Shown piece after piece: positions 57,039 through 64,000 of a stretch of 64,000 bases of DNA. Position numbers and translations under genes: made by a program. Every line of letters starts with the position of its first letter. Position 1 is the stretch's first letter. The notes below the pieces were generated by a model. It was not told the DNA's origin and did not search any database. It was given only the letters and a program-made list of their open reading frames with translations. The stretch is from a virus, in the IMG/VR virus record IMGVR_UViG_3300036945_000847, positions 5,486 through 69,485 of that record; one strand, given 5' to 3'.

Positions 57039-58957
57039 TTAAAATTTACGACATCGAAACATTCGCCAATTGTTTTACTTACACAGATTACGATCCAGAA
57101 ACCAAGGAAATTAATATCTTTGTTATTTCAGATTTTAGAGATGAGCAAGTACAATTTAGAGCCTACCTAGATTCAATTAAGAATGCTGGTATGGTTGGAT
57201 TCAACAACTTACATTTCGACTGGCCTGTAACAAATTTCATATGGAATTCGTTACAAATTACTGGCGAGCAGATATACGCCTTCGCCCAAGAAATCATTAG
57301 GGAAGAGGAGAAGAGAACGACCCCCCAAACAATCAAACAACTTGACCTATTTCTACTCAACCACTATGACAACAAGGCTAGGTCTACCTCGCTCAAAGCA
57401 TTGGAGGTATCCTTGGGGTGGAATGATGTGCAAGATATGCCATATTCTCACACAGAATTAATTGATGAAGAGAAATTAGAATTCGTATTAAACTATAACA
57501 AGAATGATGTGCTCTTTACCGCTAAATTTTATGAGTTGTGTAGTGAGAAAATTGCATTGAGAAAACAGATAGGAAAGAAATACAAATTAAATGTTTCCAA
57601 TAAAAGCGATGTCGTTATTGGTGAGACTATTTTCCTTAAATATTTATCAGATTCTATGGACAGAACCATCTACGAACTCAAGCAGTTGCGTGGTAAAAGG
57701 GCCGAGGTAGTATTGAATAAAATCATATTTCCTTATGTATCTTTTAAGAGCGAGAAATTACAAGGCATCCTTCAACTGATGCGAGAAACACGCAGTTCAT
57801 CTGCTTACCTTAAGAACTTTGTAGAACACTTGAACACCTCTTTATCAACCAATGTATTATATGACAAACTTAAACAAAATAATATCGATGTTAAGAAGAC
57901 TGCCCAGCAGAAAAAATCCTTCTCTTTTACAACTAACTACTCTGGAATTCGCTTGGATTACGGGGTTGGGGGGATTCATGGTTGTGTTACTCCTGGCGTA
58001 TATACTTCAGGTGATCGGGTTGACATCTTGGATATCGATGTAAAGTCGTACTACCCTAACCTATTTATTCAAAATCGTCTGCATCCTAGACAGATGGACC
58101 AAGATACATTTGTCAAAGTGTATTCCGATATCTTCCAAGAAAGATTGAAGGCCCAACAAGAGGGCGATAAGTTGACTTCTGATGCATTGAAGTTATCACT
58201 GAATGGTTTATTTGGTAAGACGGGCTCAGATGTATCTTGTTTCTACGATCCGAACGTATTCTTTGCTGTAACAGTTAATGGCCAATTACTTATTTCTATG
58301 CTATTAGAAAGACTTTGTGAGGTTGGCTGTGAAGTTTTACAAGTAAACACGGATGGTGTTACCATACGCCACCTCGTAGGCAAAAAGAATGCATTGCTGC
58401 AGGCTTGTAAGGAATGGGAAGCCAAGACCAAATTGACTTTGGAATATGCCAACTACTCCAAGATGATTATCCGGGATGTAAATAATTATATCGCCATCTC
58501 TGTTGATGGTAAGGTTAAGGAGAAAGGGGTATTTGAAACCAAGAAGGATTGGCACAAGGACAATTCATTTATGGTTGTACCACTAGCTGTAAGGGAATAC
58601 TTTGTAAATGATACGCCCATCTTGGAAACTTTGATGAAGCACGAAAACATCTTGGATTTCTGTGGTAGGTATAAGGCTAGTCGCAATTGGCACTCTGAAT
58701 ATGTTTACCTTGATGGATATGAAGAAAAAAGGATTAACTTTGGTAAAATCTATCGATTCTTACCCGTACTGAAGGGCGGAACTTCATTGAAGTTGAATGT
58801 GGATGGTCGAGTACATAATCTACTGGATGGATATCAAACAATTCCTTTCAATCAGATTGTGGAGATTGATAAGAAAGAAATTAACTACTCATTTTTTGTA
58901 AACGAATGTCACAAATTATTACAGACGATCCAACCATTACAGCAAACCCTATTGTAA
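57035..58957 (+). CDS. family B DNA polymerase
   Basis: Exo YDIET, GFNN..FD, YNKNDV; Pol DVKSYYP, KLSLNGLFGK, NTDG. Confidence 0.9.
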   Translation: MIKIYDIETFANCFTYTDYDPETKEINIFVISDFRDEQVQFRAYLDSIKNAGMVGFNNLHFDWPVTNFIWNSLQITGEQIYAFAQEIIREEEKRTTPQTIKQLDLFLLNHYDNKARSTSLKALEVSLGWNDVQDMPYSHTELIDEEKLEFVLNYNKNDVLFTAKFYELCSEKIALRKQIGKKYKLNVSNKSDVVIGETIFLKYLSDSMDRTIYELKQLRGKRAEVVLNKIIFPYVSFKSEKLQGILQLMRETRSSSAYLKNFVEHLNTSLSTNVLYDKLKQNNIDVKKTAQQKKSFSFTTNYSGIRLDYGVGGIHGCVTPGVYTSGDRVDILDIDVKSYYPNLFIQNRLHPRQMDQDTFVKVYSDIFQERLKAQQEGDKLTSDALKLSLNGLFGKTGSDVSCFYDPNVFFAVTVNGQLLISMLLERLCEVGCEVLQVNTDGVTIRHLVGKKNALLQACKEWEAKTKLTLEYANYSKMIIRDVNNYIAISVDGKVKEKGVFETKKDWHKDNSFMVVPLAVREYFVNDTPILETLMKHENILDFCGRYKASRNWHSEYVYLDGYEEKRINFGKIYRFLPVLKGGTSLKLNVDGRVHNLLDGYQTIPFNQIVEIDKKEINYSFFVNECHKLLQTIQPLQQTLL

Positions 58958-59253
58958 ATTTTTTCATACCCGAGCCCCGCATAGATATGAGAGTTATCTT
59001 GCTGGCACTCAAGTTTGAATTGATTAATAGGAAACTGATATTCAAAAGTCATCGAGGGGAGAGGGCAGATGTCATCATCCCCTCCTTACGCTTTGCTTTC
59101 AAAACTTATTACAAGGATGGTTATATCATTCTCAAGTCTCGCAAGACTATGAAGATACCTTGTACTTACGATGGGGATGGTGCTTCTGATGAGACAATCG
59201 ATGTGCTATGTGCGTGCATCGAATCTTTGAAATTGAATCACCCCTTTACCTGA
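58906..59253 (+). CDS. hypothetical protein
   Basis: 115-aa ORF filling the gap to the convergent terminase. Confidence 0.4.
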   Translation: MSQIITDDPTITANPIVNFFIPEPRIDMRVILLALKFELINRKLIFKSHRGERADVIIPSLRFAFKTYYKDGYIILKSRKTMKIPCTYDGDGASDETIDVLCACIESLKLNHPFT

Positions 59254-61063
59254 TTTTCACTTTCTTCCAGACTCTTTGGTATCTACCATTGACCAATTCC
59301 AACATTGGGATTTCCTTTTCAACAGCGGTGAATTTGTCTACACTCTTTTTGTACTTCTCTACGATGTTTTTATGCAATATCTCACACGCTACAACACCAT
59401 CAATCAAATCCGTATTCTCTACTAGATAATTCTTGGCCTCCTCGATGAATTCCAAAAACCATATTTCATCTGTGTGCTTACTCAAGTATTCAATTAGATA
59501 TGTATTGCCTCTCTCTGATGTCTGATCACTTTTGTAATAGCCATACGAACCATCGGATTTGCTGAAGCCTTTACCCAAGAAGATGGGTTTCTTGGCTAAC
59601 AGATGCAACTTATTCAATTGTTTGTATCTGTCGAGTACTACACCACCTCGGTTAATCTCTATCATTGCTACAGCATTGTTGTAATACTCTTGTAGCATAA
59701 TCATGTTGTCAACGATTGCATCGGGATCTGAGTCCCTTTCTGTATAATGGGCCACATACCGATTGGTATCGATATCTTTAATTACAATGGCTTGTTTAGA
59801 ACCATCGCCCATATTCTTACTGACAAAAGGAATCGGGTCAATACCAGCGATATATGTATGACCAGGCTCGGGGCTGTGCAAGAACTTCATTCTACTTCTC
59901 AAGTCTGGTCTACGCTCAAGATTTCCATTGACATCGTGATATAGTATAGCGCTGTCGATGGGCGGTCTAGCACCTAGAATAATTCTTTCTTGAGTATTCA
60001 GTTTGTCGATGATGTGCTTGGGCAAATTACCTTCTGCGCTGAATGAGAAGACCTCTTGAATATCCAATGGATACTGCTTGATGAATGAGTTCAAGAATGA
60101 TTTGTCTTCAATCTTATCCAACTTCTCACGGGTCTTGAGAATCCATTCCGTAGCAGCTTTCTCATCGCTCCATCCATTGGGACAAAAGTTTAGAATCTTA
60201 CCCGTCTCCTTACCTTCTTCGTCCAACTCGGGTGCCTCCATAATCCCTTTATTACCGGGGAGAAATAGAGTTAAGATATTCAAGTTCTCAGCATTGTTCC
60301 ATAGATTCATGGCCAACTTCTGACCTACCGATGTAGATTCACCAGCACTACCACCAATGATGATGGGAGCAATCTTAACGAAGCCCGATTTCACACTCGC
60401 TTGAGCAGATTTGTATACTTGATCCGCCTTGGGGTGTAGCATTGATTCATCAATAAAGATATGGGCAGCACGATACGCCTCGAATGCTGTAGGTGTGTCT
60501 ACAGTTTCCTTGGTTACAATCTGACTATCCAATCCAGAAACGGCTCCCGTGCTCTGATTCTTTTGTCCTAGGTGAAGATAACCTTGCTGACGTGTTGAGA
60601 TAACACCAGGGCGAATGTAATCGTCTAGGTGATCGAATACAATCCTCGTTTTGTTCTTAAACAATTCCTCTAGACGCTGTTTATCTGCCGAGGTGATTAG
60701 AGATGTTGAACCTGGATGAGTTAACGCAATCCATACGGGAATGATTCCTCCAAAGACAAGAGATAAACCTACCTCACGCCTCTTGGTTATGAATAAATCG
60801 TTATTGGTTCTCTTGGCCTCTTCGTAGCCTTCGTAAATCAGTTCGTCTATATCTCGCCAAATCGGTCTTTTTTTGTAACCTCTGGCGTCTTTTACTGTGG
60901 CTTGGGTTAATGCAAAGTAGTGTGCTCCAGTCAAACCGAAGCGACCATTCCTCCAATAATCCAACTCTTGACCCCACCATAAATCCTTTTCCTTAGCCGT
61001 GGCTGTAGGAGATAGACCATGCTTGGACCACCACTCGTCATAGACAAACTTACTCTTTTTCAT
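59246..61063 (-). CDS. terL: terminase large subunit
   Basis: TKRREVGLS Walker A variant, IFIDES Walker B, AGIDP RNase H motif, IEINRG. Confidence 0.88.
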   Translation of the reverse strand: MKKSKFVYDEWWSKHGLSPTATAKEKDLWWGQELDYWRNGRFGLTGAHYFALTQATVKDARGYKKRPIWRDIDELIYEGYEEAKRTNNDLFITKRREVGLSLVFGGIIPVWIALTHPGSTSLITSADKQRLEELFKNKTRIVFDHLDDYIRPGVISTRQQGYLHLGQKNQSTGAVSGLDSQIVTKETVDTPTAFEAYRAAHIFIDESMLHPKADQVYKSAQASVKSGFVKIAPIIIGGSAGESTSVGQKLAMNLWNNAENLNILTLFLPGNKGIMEAPELDEEGKETGKILNFCPNGWSDEKAATEWILKTREKLDKIEDKSFLNSFIKQYPLDIQEVFSFSAEGNLPKHIIDKLNTQERIILGARPPIDSAILYHDVNGNLERRPDLRSRMKFLHSPEPGHTYIAGIDPIPFVSKNMGDGSKQAIVIKDIDTNRYVAHYTERDSDPDAIVDNMIMLQEYYNNAVAMIEINRGGVVLDRYKQLNKLHLLAKKPIFLGKGFSKSDGSYGYYKSDQTSERGNTYLIEYLSKHTDEIWFLEFIEEAKNYLVENTDLIDGVVACEILHKNIVEKYKKSVDKFTAVEKEIPMLELVNGRYQRVWKKVKIR

Positions 61064-61383
61064 TTTTTACCTGAGACCCGATCCATAAAGGATACATTGT
61101 CTTCAATTACATCTTCCTCTGGATAAGCCTCTAACTTAGCCAACTTAAGACTTTTGTTGATTTTATCTCCCGCTTGTAGAAGTTGAAACAAACCCTTCTG
61201 ATACGCATCATCAAGGTCTAGAGTTTTTTCTTTCACGGCCGTCATCAACTGCTTGGATGCTGATACCAGAGTTGCATAGAAATCTTTAGCGGGATCGAAA
61301 TCCTGCAATTGCAACCTCTCTATCGCATCGACCTCAGAAAGTTTATTTTCTTTTAGGAACTTGGAGATTTTTTCTAAGCTCAT
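61060..61383 (-). CDS. putative terminase small subunit
   Basis: Helical 107-aa protein coupled to terL; start MSLEKI; positional inference only. Confidence 0.4.
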   Translation of the reverse strand: MSLEKISKFLKENKLSEVDAIERLQLQDFDPAKDFYATLVSASKQLMTAVKEKTLDLDDAYQKGLFQLLQAGDKINKSLKLAKLEAYPEEDVIEDNVSFMDRVSGKK

Positions 61384-61531
61384 TAATTTTTTTCTTCTGC
61401 TCTTCAATCTCCTTCTGAGCCTTGTTAGACTCAATAGGATTGTTGACTGCCGTGTAATACTCACACCACGAGATTAACTTCTGGAGTTCTTTGATTTCCT
61501 CCTCAATTACTTGTTTACTGCTTTTAGCCAT
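61343..61531 (-). CDS. small coiled-coil protein
   Basis: 62-aa ORF in operon. Confidence 0.5.
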   Translation of the reverse strand: MAKSSKQVIEEEIKELQKLISWCEYYTAVNNPIESNKAQKEIEEQKKKINELRKNLQVPKRK

Positions 61532-61878
61532 GTTATTAAATCAAAATTAGATAAATCTCCTTCTTGTATGTCTTCACCCATAGACATCTGCAAACGAACC
61601 ACATTACCTAAGGCAAGTAGTTGTTGTTTGGTCGCTGTGCTAGTGAAGACGTAATCATCAGTAACGCCTCCGATTAGCGCAATATGAATCTCTTGTCCTG
61701 GACAATAGTTAATGGCGTGTAAATACCCTTCGCTAGTAATGCAGTGTGTCAGTATTGGTTCTCTATTGAGTCCACCAACATGATATTTCTCATTGGACAA
61801 TCGCACCTTAGCCTTTTCATGGGCGCAAACCTCGGAAGGTTTCAAATCAGTTTTGCTGTATGTCCAATATATTTTCAT
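61507..61878 (-). CDS. degenerate T7-lysozyme/amidase-like protein
   Basis: HCI..EG, IHIALIGG, T..QQL.AL; metal-binding residues not evident. Confidence 0.4.
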   Translation of the reverse strand: MKIYWTYSKTDLKPSEVCAHEKAKVRLSNEKYHVGGLNREPILTHCITSEGYLHAINYCPGQEIHIALIGGVTDDYVFTSTATKQQLLALGNVVRLQMSMGEDIQEGDLSNFDLITWLKAVNK

Positions 61879-62171
61879 AATTTGCTGAAGGAGGACGATA
61901 CTTGATCATCTTTGTATTCTTGAACTGCACTAGGGTGTACAAATTCTTTTGGTACTTCTTGAACATATTGTTCAATCATTCTGTTCAAATACCATTGAGC
62001 TTTCTTCAAGTCTTCTACACCACCTTTTGATTCTGCTCTCCATATGTATTTGATTACATTGGCGGTACATACGGCATCCAACCCTTTTTTGTTAATGGTG
62101 GCTGCTTCAATGGCATCGATACACTCGACTTTACCTTGCTTGTAATGTGAAGGGTTTACGTTATCTTTCAT
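61875..62171 (-). CDS. DUF3310 (T7 gp1.7-like) protein
   Basis: VNPSHY..GKVECIDAI, NVIKY.WR..KGG.EDLKKA.WYL. Confidence 0.8.
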   Translation of the reverse strand: MKDNVNPSHYKQGKVECIDAIEAATINKKGLDAVCTANVIKYIWRAESKGGVEDLKKAQWYLNRMIEQYVQEVPKEFVHPSAVQEYKDDQVSSSFSKL

Positions 62172-62610
62172 CTATAAATTCGTTTGCTGGAACAAATATA
62201 CACAATTCTTTCGGAACTCTATAAAATTCATCTGTTCCTTTTCTTTGTGCAGTATTGATATATAATTTCTCTTTGTACTTTTCATCAAAGATTACATCTG
62301 ATCTGCACAATAATGCTGCTCGGGTTTCAGAGCATATAATCACATACCAAAAGGTATCTTCTTTCCACTTCGCCTTTCTGTTGAGGAAGGAGACCGTCTT
62401 AAACGCAAAGTCATCCATACAAGTCCATGGTCTTTTGCTCTTCATCTCCACCTCCCACTTGTATTCTATTCCATCTTTTTCTGAGACCAAATCTATACCA
62501 TATTTGTCACGATTATTCGAAACATTGTGACACTTTTTTTCTAGAAAAGCAGTAAGCAATTGCTTACCTATCCCATCGTTTTCGTCAAAAGATTGCTGAT
62601 TGAATTTCAT
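62161..62610 (-). CDS. PD-(D/E)xK nuclease-like protein
   Basis: YGIDL...WEVEMKS. Confidence 0.5.
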   Translation of the reverse strand: MKFNQQSFDENDGIGKQLLTAFLEKKCHNVSNNRDKYGIDLVSEKDGIEYKWEVEMKSKRPWTCMDDFAFKTVSFLNRKAKWKEDTFWYVIICSETRAALLCRSDVIFDEKYKEKLYINTAQRKGTDEFYRVPKELCIFVPANEFIDER

Positions 62611-63017
62611 CTACGCAAATATAATGCGATAAATATACCACCTATAAACGAAATAACAACATACCACCAATTAATCTTTTCGATATATGCAATTCTTCCG
62701 GGTACTTTCACTTCATAAGCAATAGTATCGTGAAAGGTTAGTGTATCGGGCTTAACTGTAATACCAAAAACATCACCTTTCTTATAGATAATTAACTTTT
62801 GGGTTTCAATAAAAGTATCACATAAAATAATAAAGGAATCCTTGTACTCAGGAACGAGCACTTTAGTCTCTTTGATGAGAGTATCTTTTATGATTACCGT
62901 ATCAGTCTCGACCAAATGCGGATATTTGCGTATCAAACGGTCATATTTTTGTTTTGGGGTCCCGCATGAGAACAGCGTAATACACATTACCGTAATGGCG
63001 GTTGCGATATTTTTCAT
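62607..63017 (-). CDS. lipoprotein with C-terminal TM helix (unimolecular spanin-like)
   Basis: Lipobox LFSC; hydrophobic C-terminal WWYVVISFIGGIFIALYLRR. Confidence 0.6.
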   Translation of the reverse strand: MKNIATAITVMCITLFSCGTPKQKYDRLIRKYPHLVETDTVIIKDTLIKETKVLVPEYKDSFIILCDTFIETQKLIIYKKGDVFGITVKPDTLTFHDTIAYEVKVPGRIAYIEKINWWYVVISFIGGIFIALYLRR

Positions 63018-63080
63018 AGTACAAATGTAAGATATAAACCTATAGGTTTACTATAAACTATAAATTATTAACCTATAAGT

Positions 63081-63106
63081 AAAAAGGGCAGCTAATGCCA
63101 CCCCTT
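63081..63106 (-). terminator. intrinsic terminator after RNR
   Basis: AAAAAGGGCA..TGCCACCCCTT imperfect hairpin with U-tract on the minus strand. Confidence 0.55.
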
Positions 63107-63253
63107 AAACCCTAAACTAAATAAAACATGAAACAGTACAAATATACACTTTTTGTGATTTTTTCACAATTTAATGTGCAATTTGTGCCATTTTAGCTCA
63201 TTTAACCATTAAAATGTGCAATTATGGTGCAATAATGATGGCTTTATCGCTCA

Positions 63254-64000
63254 TTAAGAAATTTCACAGGCCCCGCCAGCGCAAGCTGCTTCGCCCATTA
63301 GGTTTGTGTTGTCGTTAATTTCTACAATATTTGCGACATTAATCTTACTCAAACCCTTTGATAACTCTAGGTATGTAACCTCATCAGTATCCTCGAATGG
63401 AGTCTGTTTGTACGAACCTAAATTCTCTGGCATGAAAGACAAACCATTGTAGTGATTCTGATTCTCCCATAACCATTCTCCAACGATTCCCCATTCATTT
63501 GGTTTCATTGTTACACTGGCTGAAACGTTGTGCGTATTCTCACCATAGACGTGGCCAGGTTTAATCCATTTCTCGTGTAACAACTTCACCCTTTCCAAGA
63601 ACTGAATTGCGCTCTCAGAGTGCCTAGTAATCGATCCTTTAGGAGCAGCGATTGGAACACATACATAAGCCTCGGCAGAAGTGTAGATGCTATCCTCCAA
63701 CAACTCAGGGTGATTGATTGACAGGTAAGTGTAAAGTGCCTCAGTCTTACCTACTTTCATTCTGCGAATGTAGTAATCTGAGTGCCAAGTGTGAACACCA
63801 GACGAGCATCCCAAAACGATTGATGAGGTTCCTGATGGTTTGATTGTGGTGATACGAGCAGAAGGATTGATTCCAATCTCATCGGCAGTACTTCTATTGA
63901 CTCTGTAAGCAACTTCAGCAGCCTCAGGCATATCCAAACTAAGAACTGCACCCGATGCAACACCAGTCATACCGATTCCCAATAGAGCTTCTCTTTCGGT
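63254..64000 (-). CDS. nrdJ: class II (B12-dependent) ribonucleotide reductase, 3' part; gene runs off the window
   Basis: GIGMTG, ITTIKPSGTSS, HNVS.SV, C-terminal ACAGGACEI; frame open to 64000. Confidence 0.88.
   Translation of the reverse strand, partial: TEREALLGIGMTGVASGAVLSLDMPEAAEVAYRVNRSTADEIGINPSARITTIKPSGTSSIVLGCSSGVHTWHSDYYIRRMKVGKTEALYTYLSINHPELLEDSIYTSAEAYVCVPIAAPKGSITRHSESAIQFLERVKLLHEKWIKPGHVYGENTHNVSASVTMKPNEWGIVGEWLWENQNHYNGLSFMPENLGSYKQTPFEDTDEVTYLELSKGLSKINVANIVEINDNTNLMGEAACAGGACEIS

Noticed and set aside
63040-63240. Short CTATAA and GTGCAAT repeats between the spanin-like gene and RNR
   Set aside because: They are short, AT-rich and irregularly spaced, too weak to support a functional call.

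Overview
This window is a 64-kb part of a large tailed phage genome, probably of short-tailed podovirus type with crAss-like structural genes. The host is inferred to be Bacteroidota because Bacteroidota sigma-A promoter motifs (TTTG-N19-21-TAnnTTTG) occur throughout. It uses the standard genetic code. The left half (1-33.4 kb, minus strand) is the virion module: portal, scaffold, major capsid, tail ring and muzzle proteins, ejected cargo proteins including a 3437-aa polyvalent protein, tail fibres and a putative lysin. The segment at 33.7-39.2 kb holds recombination and DNA-modification genes (RusA, SSB, YqaJ, HNH, an interrupted two-frame C5 methyltransferase, GroES). The 39.2-40.4 kb segment is a dense non-coding RNA operon: a small RNA, a tmRNA, five tRNA-like RNAs and two other structured elements. 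A non-coding divergence region (42.8-43.7 kb) precedes plus-strand early and replication genes (two more C5-MTase-like genes, serine recombinase, ThyX, primase-helicase, PolB). Minus-strand terminase, spanin-like and class II RNR genes close the window. The strongest candidate for an undescribed system is the array of tRNA-scaffolded RNAs after the tmRNA, which keep acceptor and T arms but mostly carry large, unrelated structured inserts in place of the anticodon arm. Other highlights are a 42-aa gene overprinted inside the giant protein, a 6-nt TAACTG insertion exactly inside the MTase catalytic Pro-Cys, a strand-biased TGAGACCCA motif, near-leaderless promoters and junction-repeat gene cassettes. 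All family assignments come from motif recognition by eye; no database searches were run.
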